From assembly GCA_050486345.1 (NCBI GenBank), contig JBJHDC010000002.1, positions 889-56,572 of the forward strand: 55,684 nucleotides of DNA, written 5' to 3'. This DNA comes from Dehalococcoidia bacterium. GTDB taxonomy: Bacteria > Chloroflexota > Dehalococcoidia > UBA2979. The notes under the pieces were generated by a model that was not told the origin of the DNA, searched no databases, and saw only the letters and a list, made by a program, of their open reading frames with translations. The position numbers and the translations under genes are program-made. The first letter of the stretch is position 1, and each line of letters begins with the position of its first letter. This document shows positions 35,098 through 45,264 of the stretch, in pieces.

Positions 35098-36108
35098 GTG
35101 AACGATCGGCAACCGGGAGCATCAGAGGGCAAGAGCGGAGCTGAAGCGGCGGAGGCAATTCGGGCGGCGGCACAGCGCATCCGCGAAAATGTCGATCGGG
35201 TAATTATCGGCGCGGACCAGACCGTGAACATGGTGCTGGTGGCGCTGCTGGCCAACGGCCACGTACTGCTGGAGGATGTCCCCGGCACCGGCAAGACGAC
35301 GCTCGCGCGGGCGGTGGCAAAGTCCATCGGCGGCACCTTCCGCCGCATCCAGTTCACGCCGGATCTGATGCCCTCAGATGTCATCGGCATCAACTACTAC
35401 TCACAGGAACAGGGCCGGTTCGAATACCGCCCCGGCCCGATCGTCGCCAACGTCGTGCTGGCGGACGAGGTGAACCGCGCGACTCCGCGCACGCAGTCCT
35501 CGCTCCTGGAGGCAATGGAGGAACGCACCGTCACGGTGGATGGCGACACGCGCCCGCTGCCTCCGCCGTTCGTCGTACTCGCCACGCAGAACCCGGTGGA
35601 GTTGGAAGGCACCTTCCCGCTGCCAGAGGCGCAACTCGACCGCTTCCTGCTCCGCCTGAAGATGGGCTATCCCTCCGCCGAGGATGAACGCGAGATCTTG
35701 CGTCGTTTCGAGCGCGTGTCGCCCATCGATGCGCTGGAAACCGTGATCAGCCCGGAAGAGCTGGTGAACCTCTCTGCCCAGCTGCCGGCTATCCACGTAG
35801 AAGACGACGTTGCGGGATACGTGGTCGCGGTGGTGCGAGCGACCCGGGAACACGGGGCGTTCGAGCTCGGCGCCAGCCCGCGCGCCTCGCTGGCGCTGTT
35901 CCGTGCGGCGCGTGCCTACGCGGCCATCAACGGGCGGGATTACGTGCGACCGGACGATATCAAGACGCTCGCGCCGGCCGTGCTCGGACATCGCCTGCTG
36001 CTCTCCAGTAACACGCGTCTGCGAGGCCGCACCGCGGACGATGTGCTGGACGAGATCCTGCGCGAGGTCCCCGTGCCGATCGCGGACGTGGCCTCGACAC
36101 CCGCGTGA
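35098..36108 (+). CDS. MoxR-family AAA+ ATPase
   Basis: GTG at 35098 gives 336 aa. Walker A DVPGTGKTTLA, Walker B VVLADEVNRA, plus RIQFTPDLMPSD and LATQNP motifs. Confidence 0.85.
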   Translation: MNDRQPGASEGKSGAEAAEAIRAAAQRIRENVDRVIIGADQTVNMVLVALLANGHVLLEDVPGTGKTTLARAVAKSIGGTFRRIQFTPDLMPSDVIGINYYSQEQGRFEYRPGPIVANVVLADEVNRATPRTQSSLLEAMEERTVTVDGDTRPLPPPFVVLATQNPVELEGTFPLPEAQLDRFLLRLKMGYPSAEDEREILRRFERVSPIDALETVISPEELVNLSAQLPAIHVEDDVAGYVVAVVRATREHGAFELGASPRASLALFRAARAYAAINGRDYVRPDDIKTLAPAVLGHRLLLSSNTRLRGRTADDVLDEILREVPVPIADVASTPA

Positions 36109-36124
36109 GCAAGGCGGCAACGCG

Positions 36125-37387
36125 ATGCGAGGGCTAGTCGGGGAGTCTTGGCTCTTGGCCTCGCCGCTGCTGGGGATCATCGGGTTTGCGGCTGGATCCG
36201 CGCCCGTGATCGCGCTGGCCGGCCTGATCTTCCTCACGGGCGGCGCGGCGCGGTTCTGGGCGCGGATGTCGCTCGAACGCGTCACCTACGGACGCACACT
36301 CAGCGAGCGGCGGCTCTTCGCCGGCGAGACCGTGGACATCGTGCTCTCGATCGCGAACGAGAAGATTGTGCCGGTGCCGTGGGTGGAGGTGCGCGAGACA
36401 TTGCCTCGAGGCATGGCGCGCCCGGACCTGCGCACGCAGCCAGGGGCATCAGCCGGAACGGAGATCCTCTCCCGCTCCACGGCGCTGCGCAGCAACGATC
36501 GCCTGGAGTGGCCAATCACCCTGCGCGCGGTGCGTCGTGGGTTCTTCCGCATCGGCCCCACGCGCCTGCGTTCGGGTGACCTCTTCGGCTTCTTCGAGCG
36601 AGATGAAGATGCGCCGCTGCGACCCGAGGGCATTGTGGTTTACCCGCACACCTACGCGCTGCCAGACCTGGGCCTGGATAGTACGCGGCCCTTTGGAGAC
36701 CTCCGCGGCGGCAGTCGCATCTTCGAGGATCCGGTGCGGGTGGTTGGTGTGCGCGACTATCAGCCCGGTGACCCGCTGAAGCGTGTGGACTGGAACGCTA
36801 CCGCCCGCACCGGCCGGTTGCAGTCGCGGCTCTACGAGCCCAGTCGATCGCAGTCGCTCGTCATCGCGCTGAACATCCCCACCTTCGAGCAGGCCTGGCA
36901 GGGCTCGGATCCGGTGCTGCTGGAGCGCGGGATCTCAGTGGCGGCCTCGCTCGCACGGTGGGCCGTGGAGCATGGATCGGCGCTGGGGCTGGTGGCGAAT
37001 GGATCGTTCCCGGAAGCCGACCGAACGATCCGGATCGGCGCGGGGAGTCGACCGGACCAGCTCAATCGGGTGCTGGAGGCGCTGGCGATGATCACCGCGT
37101 TCACGACGTCCTCCATGGCGCGTGAGCTCGCGGATCCCCGTCATCCGCTCCCCGTGGGCGCGACGGTGGTGTTGATCGCGGCGGTGCTGCCGGAATCCTT
37201 GGCGGCTGCGCTTCAGCGGCTGCGCACGGAGGGGCACGTGGTGCACGTGCTCAAGACCTCCATGGCCGAATGGGACGTCACGCTCGACCGCATCCCGATC
37301 ACGGAGCTTGGGGAGGTGCTGGTGGAGCTGGAGGCGGAGGCGGTCGAGGCCGGCGTGATCGAACTGCCCGAGGAAGCCCCGATATGA
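36125..37387 (+). CDS. DUF58 domain-containing protein
   Basis: ATG at 36125. Two N-terminal TM helices and the DUF58 hallmark VRDYQPGDPLKRVDWNATARTG. Confidence 0.8.
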   Translation: MRGLVGESWLLASPLLGIIGFAAGSAPVIALAGLIFLTGGAARFWARMSLERVTYGRTLSERRLFAGETVDIVLSIANEKIVPVPWVEVRETLPRGMARPDLRTQPGASAGTEILSRSTALRSNDRLEWPITLRAVRRGFFRIGPTRLRSGDLFGFFERDEDAPLRPEGIVVYPHTYALPDLGLDSTRPFGDLRGGSRIFEDPVRVVGVRDYQPGDPLKRVDWNATARTGRLQSRLYEPSRSQSLVIALNIPTFEQAWQGSDPVLLERGISVAASLARWAVEHGSALGLVANGSFPEADRTIRIGAGSRPDQLNRVLEALAMITAFTTSSMARELADPRHPLPVGATVVLIAAVLPESLAAALQRLRTEGHVVHVLKTSMAEWDVTLDRIPITELGEVLVELEAEAVEAGVIELPEEAPI

Positions 37388-39051
37388 TCCGCTACCGCCA
37401 GTACGCCCTCGATGTGCTCTTCGTCACGACCGAGGTCGTAGTGTGGTTCATGGTGCTGCGCGTAGTCATCTCGATGAGCGTGGGCACGTTCTGGACGGAT
37501 GTCGCGCGGAACCTGGAGCGCGCAATCAACGCGGGCGATCTCGCCAACCCGGAGCGCGCGCAGGCATTGCTCCCGCTAGTGCGGGACGCGGCGGACGGGG
37601 CCAGCGGCGTACCGTTCCTCGTCCTGTTGGGGGCCGCGTTGGGTGCGTTCGCGCTCGAACGCGGCATCTCGCGGACCGGCATGGACGGGCCGATGGCCGC
37701 CGTCGCACTGCTGTTAGGGTCGATCCTCGCCCTGAACATCGTCTACCGGCTGGCTGCCGGCGGAGACCTGCGGTTCTGGGACCTCTCCGGCGTTGGGAGC
37801 TTCTTCCAGGGGGACCAGGCCCGCACTGCCTCCCAGGTGGACTTCGATCAGCTGGTAGCAAGTGGATCGGTGGACGGCCTGCATGGGAGCGCGATGGCGA
37901 TGAGTGTGGGCGGCGTCACGCTGCTCTGGATCCGCTTTCTGATCGCCGCGCGAGCGGAAGTGGACTTCCCCCGGGTGTTGCGCTCCGTGAGCATCGGCCT
38001 CGCCTTAGCGATGGTGACGATGATTGCGGCCGCAATGGCGGGCGTGCCGGGCATTCCGCCGTTTGCGGTTGCTCACTTCGTGCTCGGCGTCCTGGTGCTG
38101 GCCGTGGCGAACAACGCGCGTGCCTACATTCCCGCCGACGGCGAGGCACGCGGGGTCACCCCGTGGTTGGTGGCTGTCTCAGGCACGGTCGGTGTGCTGG
38201 TCGGCGTGGCGATGCTGATCGCGTTGCTCGCGTTCCTCAACGCGGGCGCAGCGTTCGCCTACGTGGGCTCTATCGCCCTGCAGGTGGTCGAGGTGGTGCT
38301 CTTCATCATCATCACCCCGCTCTACTGGGCGCTTGAGCGTCTGGTAGGCCTCTTCTTCTCCGATGGGCTCCCTGGAATCGGCCAGGACGTCGGCCCCGAG
38401 GAGCCGCTTGAGCCCCCGACTGCCGCCGAGGGTGACGGCATTACCATCCCGGGCTGGGCGACGAACCTGATGCGGACCATGGCAGTCCTCGCGTTCGTGG
38501 TCATGCTCTACTACCTCGCCCGCCTCATCGTCAGCCGCCGCCGTCCGAGCGATCCGGCAGTCGCCGAGGTGCGCTCCCGGGGGAGCGGTGGCGCCAGCTT
38601 TGGTCAGGTGCTTCGCGACCTCCTGCCGCATTTCCGCCACGACGATCCTGATGCGTGGATGGCGCGTCACCCGGTGTATCGCCTGTACGGTCGCACCCTG
38701 GCCAGCGCGGATGAGCGTGGATTCGCAGTGATGGCCGGCGAGACGCCGATCGAGTTCTCCGAACGGGCGCAGCAGGCGCTCGCGGCGCCATTCCCTGACG
38801 TGGGGCGGGCCTTCGATCGTGCGCGCTACGGTCGCCACTTCCCGGCCGACGAGGACGTCAACGCTATGGAGCGTCGTGTGGCGGAGTGGGAGCGCGCGAC
38901 GCCCGCGACGCGCGAGCTTCGGGAGAGCCTGCACGGAGCCGGACCGATGGACGAGACCGCGGAGATCCAACTGCGTATCGAACGCCGGCGCGCTGCCGCC
39001 CTCGGTGACGCTGAGCGTGTCCGGCGGCTCGGTGAAGACGAAACGCGCTGA
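37384..39051 (+). CDS. polytopic membrane protein with C-terminal DUF4129, no transglutaminase core
   Basis: ATGA overlap with the DUF58 gene. At least 8 hydrophobic helices. The C-terminus (ETPIEFSERA...FDRARYG) matches DUF4129. The protein contains no cysteine at all. Confidence 0.65.
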   Translation: MIRYRQYALDVLFVTTEVVVWFMVLRVVISMSVGTFWTDVARNLERAINAGDLANPERAQALLPLVRDAADGASGVPFLVLLGAALGAFALERGISRTGMDGPMAAVALLLGSILALNIVYRLAAGGDLRFWDLSGVGSFFQGDQARTASQVDFDQLVASGSVDGLHGSAMAMSVGGVTLLWIRFLIAARAEVDFPRVLRSVSIGLALAMVTMIAAAMAGVPGIPPFAVAHFVLGVLVLAVANNARAYIPADGEARGVTPWLVAVSGTVGVLVGVAMLIALLAFLNAGAAFAYVGSIALQVVEVVLFIIITPLYWALERLVGLFFSDGLPGIGQDVGPEEPLEPPTAAEGDGITIPGWATNLMRTMAVLAFVVMLYYLARLIVSRRRPSDPAVAEVRSRGSGGASFGQVLRDLLPHFRHDDPDAWMARHPVYRLYGRTLASADERGFAVMAGETPIEFSERAQQALAAPFPDVGRAFDRARYGRHFPADEDVNAMERRVAEWERATPATRELRESLHGAGPMDETAEIQLRIERRRAAALGDAERVRRLGEDETR

Positions 39052-39059
39052 GCGGAGCG

Positions 39060-39797
39060 CTACGCGCTCGGCAGTGGCTCGATGACCGCCTTGTCGCCAT
39101 CCATGACCAGCGCCCCGGCTACGTGGTGGCGGTCGATCGTGGTGCACAGGTCAATGTCGCTTCCGAACCCGAGCTCCACCAGGCGCTGTCCATGCTCGGA
39201 CGCTCGCAACGCTCCGGCAAAATCGTCGCGTGCCGCGTCGTACAGGGCGAGCGCCCGTCGCGCGTTCTCGGTCGGTTCGTACCCGGCGTCCATGAGCCGC
39301 TCTGCAAAGTAGCCCGCCGCGGTAGTGTCATCCTCCGCGTATTCGCCGCGCAGCCCGGCGCAGACGATGAGCACGTCCCGCCCCGCCGTGATCGCGTGCG
39401 AGAGCACGGCGGAGGCGTTCAGGGGTGCAGCCGGCATGATCAGCGGCGCATCCTCGCAGGCAAGGAGGGCGGGCGTCCCGTTGGTGGTAGCAACTACGGC
39501 ATGCTCCGGCAGCGCATCGACCTGCTCGAACTCACCGGGTGAATTGCCGTAGTCGTAGCCCGGCGGCGGCAGCGCATCGCGCTCGCCGCACAGCACAATC
39601 TCATCGCGCGGGAACTGGAAGACAAGGCTCGCGAGGCGCTCGTGGCCAGCCTCGATGCTGGCGGCAGGGTAGATGTGCTTCACGCCGCGCGCGAGTAGCA
39701 CCGCCATCACAGAGGTCGCGCGGAGCACATCAATCACCAGGCAAGTACGGTCGCCCGGGGGCTCGGTGGGTGCGGTGAAGGTGACGTCAACCTGCAT
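39060..39797 (-). CDS. 2-phosphosulfolactate phosphatase (ComB) family protein
   Basis: LVIDVLRATSVMAVLLARG N-terminal motif and the size (245 aa) are typical of the ComB family. Confidence 0.7.
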   Translation of the reverse strand: MQVDVTFTAPTEPPGDRTCLVIDVLRATSVMAVLLARGVKHIYPAASIEAGHERLASLVFQFPRDEIVLCGERDALPPPGYDYGNSPGEFEQVDALPEHAVVATTNGTPALLACEDAPLIMPAAPLNASAVLSHAITAGRDVLIVCAGLRGEYAEDDTTAAGYFAERLMDAGYEPTENARRALALYDAARDDFAGALRASEHGQRLVELGFGSDIDLCTTIDRHHVAGALVMDGDKAVIEPLPSA

Positions 39798-39947
39798 GCG
39801 GGGAGTCTACGAGGTCCCCGGCTTAGGCTCGCGGCGCGCACTCCGCACTGTGGTGCTTGCCGGTTCCGCGTGGCCGGACGTAGCCTTAGGGCACCACGTC
39901 ACGGGCGGGGATCGCGTTGTGATGCGGGCGCACGGAGGCCGCACTGG

Positions 39948-40850
39948 ATGGCCCAGCCGCTGAACTCAGCAACGACTGCCGCCGCCACTGACGCAGGAGG
40001 CGTCGCCCACGTGGGGATCTTCGATTCCGGCGTTGGTGGTCTCTCTGTGGCGGCTGCCCTGCATGCCCTGGCGCCCTCGCTACGAATCACCTACGTAGCC
40101 GACACGGCCTTCTTCCCGTACGGTACCCGTTCCTCGGAGGACGTGGCCGCGCGCTCCATGGCGCTGGCATCGCGACTCATCGATGCCGGCGCGGACGTGG
40201 TGGTGGTTGCCTGCAACACCGCGTCGTCCGCCGCATTGGACCGACTGCGCGAGGTGTTCGACGTGCCCATCGTCGGCATGGAACCGCCGCTAAAGCCTGC
40301 CGTGGAGCGCAGCCGGGCGCATCGTGTCGCGGTTCTAGCCACTACCGGGACGGTCAGTGGTCGCCGCCTGGCGCGACTGACGGAGACGTATGGGCGCGAT
40401 ACGGACGTGTACACGCTCCCCATGCCCGGCCTCGCGGACCTGGTAGAGGCGGGTGAGGTAGACGGGGAGCGAGTGGAGTCGATGCTGCGCGAGGCGCTTG
40501 AGACGCCGCTCGCCGAGGGCATCGATGAGGTAGCGCTCGGTTGCACGCACTACGCGTTCCTTCGGCCGGCGCTTTCGCGGCTGGTGCCAGCAGACGTCGA
40601 GGTCATCGACGCAGCAGAGCCGGTCGCGCGCCGCGTGGTCTGGGTGTTGGAACAGGCGGGACGCCTGCCAGAGCCGGGAGCGCCCGAGCCGGTAGCCTGC
40701 TATACGACCAGTAGCACGGAGGAGCTGGAACTCACCACCGCGCGACTGCGCGCGGCCGGTGCGGCCCTGCCGCCGATCACGATCGCGGGTCGCATGTTGG
40801 TCGAGCTGCCGCAGGAGGAACGCCGAGTGGGAGGGGTGGACGTCGCATGA
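39948..40850 (+). CDS. murI: glutamate racemase
   Basis: VGIFDSGVGGLSV, VVACNTAS and LGCTHY catalytic Cys motifs. I chose the ATG at 39948; the track start is 39870. Confidence 0.85.
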   Translation: MAQPLNSATTAAATDAGGVAHVGIFDSGVGGLSVAAALHALAPSLRITYVADTAFFPYGTRSSEDVAARSMALASRLIDAGADVVVVACNTASSAALDRLREVFDVPIVGMEPPLKPAVERSRAHRVAVLATTGTVSGRRLARLTETYGRDTDVYTLPMPGLADLVEAGEVDGERVESMLREALETPLAEGIDEVALGCTHYAFLRPALSRLVPADVEVIDAAEPVARRVVWVLEQAGRLPEPGAPEPVACYTTSSTEELELTTARLRAAGAALPPITIAGRMLVELPQEERRVGGVDVA

Positions 40851-41671
40851 CCGTGGAAGCCGCCGTCACGTTTCGCGCCCGTTATGAGGCCGCGGCAGAT
40901 CGCCACCAGTCGCTACTCTGCGTGGGCATCGACCCCGACCCGGCGCGGCTGCCGGAGGGCGCGCAGATGCGCGAGTTTCTCTTCGGCGTCGTCGAGGCCA
41001 CCGCGGATATCGCCTGCTGCTTCAAGCCCAACATCGCGTTTTTTGAGCCCGACCAGGGCGACGGGCTGGCGCTGCTCAAAGAGCTGATCGAGGTAATCCC
41101 ACACGAGGTCCCCGTGCTGCTGGACGCGAAGCGCGGTGACATCGGCCACACGGCGGAGGCCTACGCGCGCGCGGTCTTCGATGTGCTGGGAGCGGATGCC
41201 GTCACGCTCAATCCCTACCTCGGCCGTGACAGCCTTGACCCATTCCTCAAGCGGGTCGACCGCCACTCATTCCTCCTCTGCCGCACCTCCAACGAAGGCG
41301 CGCGCGACCTGCAGGATCTGCCGGTGGGTGAGCGGGGTGAACCGCTGTACCTGGAGGTCGCACGACTGGCGCATCAGTGGAATGAGCACGGGAACATCGG
41401 CCTGGTCGTCGGTGCGACCTACCCGGACGATGCTCGTCGCATCCGTGACGTGTGCCCGGACGAGTTGTTCCTGATGCCGGGCGTGGGGGCGCAGCAAGGG
41501 GAGATCGATGCAGCGGTGAGCGCTGCTGTCGATGCGTCAGGCGGCGGGATTCTCGTCAACGCCTCGCGGGCTGTGCTCTACCCGCCGTCCGAGGCGGGGC
41601 GCTGGGCTGATGCCTCGCGTGAGGCTGCGATTGGACTGCGTGACGCGATCAACGCTGCGCGCGGGCGGTAG
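40847..41671 (+). CDS. pyrF: orotidine 5'-phosphate decarboxylase (type 2)
   Basis: ATGA overlap with murI. LCVGIDPD, LLDAKRGDIGHTA and a C-terminal ..GGILVNASRA. Confidence 0.85.
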   Translation: MTVEAAVTFRARYEAAADRHQSLLCVGIDPDPARLPEGAQMREFLFGVVEATADIACCFKPNIAFFEPDQGDGLALLKELIEVIPHEVPVLLDAKRGDIGHTAEAYARAVFDVLGADAVTLNPYLGRDSLDPFLKRVDRHSFLLCRTSNEGARDLQDLPVGERGEPLYLEVARLAHQWNEHGNIGLVVGATYPDDARRIRDVCPDELFLMPGVGAQQGEIDAAVSAAVDASGGGILVNASRAVLYPPSEAGRWADASREAAIGLRDAINAARGR

Positions 41672-41678
41672 GCCAGCG

Positions 41679-42032
41679 GTGAGCGAGGCGCGCACGGAGG
41701 TACGGTTGGACTTCCTCGACCTGCGTATGGGTGATGTGATCCGCATGCGGCGGGTACATCCGTGTGGTGGGTTCGACTGGGAAGTCGTGCGTATTGGCGC
41801 GGACGTGGGGTTGCAGTGCGGCACGTGCGGGCGGCGCATCCTGATGGAGCGGCGCACCCTGCGCCGGCGCGCGAAGGCGTATGTTGAGCGCGGCCCGGAA
41901 CTCGACCCGGCGATCCGCCAGGCGCTCTTCGGCGACGCGGGGATGCTGGACAGCGATGGACCCGAGCAGGACGCGGAGGGAACCGACGATGCAGAGGGGA
42001 CACAGGGAGCGGCGGACGAGCACACGCGTTGA
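41679..42032 (+). CDS. DUF951 domain-containing protein with acidic tail
   Basis: GTG at 41679. GDVIRMRRVHPCGGFDWEVVRIGADVGLQCGTCGRRI matches the DUF951 zinc-ribbon-like core. Confidence 0.65.
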   Translation: MSEARTEVRLDFLDLRMGDVIRMRRVHPCGGFDWEVVRIGADVGLQCGTCGRRILMERRTLRRRAKAYVERGPELDPAIRQALFGDAGMLDSDGPEQDAEGTDDAEGTQGAADEHTR

Positions 42033-42118
42033 CTCGATTCGCACGGCGTTCCTACACTCGATGAGCAACGACACAGCCGGACGCCTGCTGAGGCATGAGG
42101 TGAGCGGGGGTCGTCACG

Positions 42119-42664
42119 GTGCGTGAACTCATCATCGATTCGATTCGTGTCGGCCTCCGGCATTTCCGGCGCGTGGTGGTGCTGCGCGAAAAGGAAGCCG
42201 ACCGCTACCTCACCATCTGGATTGGCGCGGACGTCGCGGACGCGATCGCGTTCCGTCTTCAGGATGTCTCCGTGCCGCGCCCGCAGACCCACGACCTCAT
42301 GCTCTCCCTCATCGATGAGCTCGGGGGATCCGTGAAGGCGGTTACTGTCTCCGACCTCAAGGACGACACGTTCTTCGCCACCATCCAGGTCGATCAGGAC
42401 GGCAAGAACATCGAAATCGACTCGCGTCCCTCGGACGCCATCGCGGTGGCCGTTCGCGCGGGCGTGCCGATCTACGTGGTGGACGACGTCATGGATCGCG
42501 CTGGCATCGTGCTGGACGAGGATGGCGAGCCAGTGGAGGGCAACGGCGCCGTCGAGGCGGGCCCCGCCCCGCCGACGCCGGAGGAGCTGGAAAAGCTCTC
42601 CGCGTTCCGCGAGTTTGTCTCTGGCCTGGACCTGGACGACCTCGGTTCCTCGGACCGGCCGTAG
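42119..42664 (+). CDS. bifunctional nuclease (BFN/DUF151) family protein
   Basis: VVVLREKEADRYLTIWIGADVADAI...RPQTHDL...DSRPSDAIAVAVRAGVPIYV is typical of the BFN domain. Confidence 0.75.
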   Translation: MRELIIDSIRVGLRHFRRVVVLREKEADRYLTIWIGADVADAIAFRLQDVSVPRPQTHDLMLSLIDELGGSVKAVTVSDLKDDTFFATIQVDQDGKNIEIDSRPSDAIAVAVRAGVPIYVVDDVMDRAGIVLDEDGEPVEGNGAVEAGPAPPTPEELEKLSAFREFVSGLDLDDLGSSDRP

Positions 42665-42750
42665 GTACGGCCATCACCACTCACCCTCGGCTCGGGGATC
42701 TCATTTCGGCCCGTGTTCGTGATGGATTCGTGCATTTCGGCACAAGTGAG

Positions 42751-42779
42751 TTGATCCACCGATCGAGGGGTGATAGTTT
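42751..42779 (+). promoter_or_regulatory. candidate extended -10 promoter of the atp operon
   Basis: TTGATC-N17-TAGTTT, with TG one nt upstream of the -10 box. About 37 nt upstream of the atpZ ATG, in a locally AT-richer stretch. Confidence 0.35.
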
Positions 42780-42815
42780 CCTTCACGGCCCAGATCCGAG
42801 CGTACGGGTCCGGCC

Positions 42816-43037
42816 ATGCTGAACTCTCCAGCACTGGGGTTGGTCGGCATCGGGTTTTCGCTTGGGTTCTGGATAGCCGGATCCGCAGTCCTGGGACATT
42901 ACCTGGATGGCCGGTTCGACACCGCTCCGGTGTTGACGCTGGTGCTGCTGGTGCTCGGCATGTTCATCGGCTTCTATGACGCCTACCGGCGGCTGCGGGA
43001 GCTGATGAAGCGGACGGGCGGGGAGAAGCACGAATGA
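42816..43037 (+). CDS. atpZ: AtpZ/AtpI family small membrane protein
   Basis: 73 aa, two TM helices, first gene of the atp operon. ATGA overlap with atpB. Confidence 0.6.
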   Translation: MLNSPALGLVGIGFSLGFWIAGSAVLGHYLDGRFDTAPVLTLVLLVLGMFIGFYDAYRRLRELMKRTGGEKHE

Positions 43038-44080
43038 AGCTTGGCCTTATTGGCGGCGGATTGCTTCTGCTGACACTTGTCGGCTTCGTCTTCGTTGGCG
43101 GAGCACCCCCGTACATCACCGTCCCGCCGGACGAACTCTTCGACATCGGCGGGTACACGGTTACGAACACCGTGTTCGCAAGCTGGTTTGCGATCATCTT
43201 CCTGCTGATTATCGCCCTGATTGTTGGGCCGAAAATCGGCCTGGTGCCGCGCGGATTCGCCGGGTTCGTTGAGGCGATCCTGAGCGGATTCTTCAACATC
43301 TGCGCCTCCGTGGCGGGCGAGCGGAACACACGCCGCTTCTTCCCGCTGGTGGCGACCATCTTCTTCTACATCATCGTTTCCAACTGGATGGCGCTGCTCC
43401 CGGGTGTGAAGACCATCGGCACCGCGCAGCCGGACTATGGCTATCAGCAGTCCGTCATGCAGCAGATTGATGTGCCGATTCTCGGCAGCCTCGCCTATGT
43501 GCCGTTCCGACCTGATACGCGCGATGTAGGCGGTGGCGAGCTCCCGCTGCTTCCGGAGGAAACCGCCGCGAGCCTGGGCATGGAGCCCGGTACGTACGAG
43601 GTCTCCACGGATGGCTCCTTCAGCGGTGGTGTCCGTGGCGCGCTCCGCCCAACCTTCACTGATGTGAACGCGCCACTGGCCATCGCGCTCTTCTCGTTCG
43701 TCTTCGTGGAGTTCTGGGGCCTGCAAACCCTCGGGTTGGCCTATCTGGGCAAATTCTTTGCCTTCGGTGCGATCCGCAGAGGGCCACTGGGTGTGATCGA
43801 TATCTTCGTGGGCTTGCTGGAGTTCGTCTCTGAGCTCTCCCGCATTATCTCGTTCACCTTCCGTCTCTTCGGCAACATCTTCGCGGGCAGCGTGCTGATG
43901 CTGATGATGACGTTCCTCACACCGTTTGTTCTGATTATTCCGTTCTACGGCCTGGAGCTCTTCGTGGGCGCCATTCAGGCCTTCGTATTCGCGGTCCTCA
44001 CGCTGGTGTTCGCGATGACAGCCATCACGTCACACCACGAAGAGGGCCATCACGCAGAGGAGCATGGCGGCGGTCACTAG
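43034..44080 (+). CDS. atpB: F0F1 ATP synthase subunit a
   Basis: C-terminal conserved region ISFTFRLFGNIFAG and LELFVGAIQAFVF. At 348 aa it is long, with an insertion of about 80 aa. Confidence 0.85.
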   Translation: MKLGLIGGGLLLLTLVGFVFVGGAPPYITVPPDELFDIGGYTVTNTVFASWFAIIFLLIIALIVGPKIGLVPRGFAGFVEAILSGFFNICASVAGERNTRRFFPLVATIFFYIIVSNWMALLPGVKTIGTAQPDYGYQQSVMQQIDVPILGSLAYVPFRPDTRDVGGGELPLLPEETAASLGMEPGTYEVSTDGSFSGGVRGALRPTFTDVNAPLAIALFSFVFVEFWGLQTLGLAYLGKFFAFGAIRRGPLGVIDIFVGLLEFVSELSRIISFTFRLFGNIFAGSVLMLMMTFLTPFVLIIPFYGLELFVGAIQAFVFAVLTLVFAMTAITSHHEEGHHAEEHGGGH

Positions 44081-44124
44081 ACTGCTGCTGCTTGTTGGGA
44101 TTGTTGGGATCGAGTCGTTCGTGA

Positions 44125-44499
<375 letters not shown>

Positions 44500-44634
44500 G
44501 ACAGGCTGACGGGGAGTATTACGAATGACGCGGTGGTGTCGGATCGCCCGGCGCGGATGTGTGCAGCAATGCGCCCCCGTCCCAGGCGGTTCGCGCCGCC
44601 GGATCCCGTCAGTTCATTGAGGAGCGAGCCAGTG

Positions 44635-45264
44635 ATGATGCTCACTCAGTTGCCTCGCTGGTGTGCCGCGCACTCGCGGCGCCTGGCGGCGCTGGCCCTG
44701 GGTGCGTCGGTAGCAGCCGTACCGGCTGTGGCTTCGGCTGCCGACGACGTGGAGGGCATCGCCGCGCTGGGATTGAACCTGCCGGGACTCGTGTCCCAGC
44801 TGGTCAACTTCCTGCTCATTCTGATCATCCTGCGGGTGCTGCTGTGGAAGCCGTTCCTGCGGATGCTGGATGAGCGCCGGACGCGTATCGAGCAGGGACT
44901 GCAGGCCTCCGAGCAGGCACAGCAGGCCGCTGCCGAGAGTCAGGAAGAGTCGCGGCGAGTGCTGGAAGAGGCCCGTGCCGAAGGGCGCGAGCTGATCGCC
45001 CGCGCTCAGGAAACATCGACCCGCCTGCGGACCGATATGGAAGAGCAGGCGCGCCGAGAAGCAGACCAGATCGTGGCGCGTGCGCGCGAGGAAATCGAGC
45101 GCGAACGGCTGCAGGCGGTCCAGACGCTGCGTGCGGAATTCGCCGATCTGACCGTGCTCGCGGCAGAGCGGGTGGTGGGCCAGTCACTGGACCGTGCGGC
45201 GCACCAACAGCTCATCGACGACGTCCTGGTCAACAGTGACTTCGGTCAGGACGGTCGCAACTAA
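44635..45264 (+). CDS. atpF: F0F1 ATP synthase subunit b
   Basis: ATG at 44635 after GAGGAG. One TM helix, then a long charged helix (EARAEGRELIARAQE...). Position in the operon supports the call. Confidence 0.8.
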   Translation: MMLTQLPRWCAAHSRRLAALALGASVAAVPAVASAADDVEGIAALGLNLPGLVSQLVNFLLILIILRVLLWKPFLRMLDERRTRIEQGLQASEQAQQAAAESQEESRRVLEEARAEGRELIARAQETSTRLRTDMEEQARREADQIVARAREEIERERLQAVQTLRAEFADLTVLAAERVVGQSLDRAAHQQLIDDVLVNSDFGQDGRN

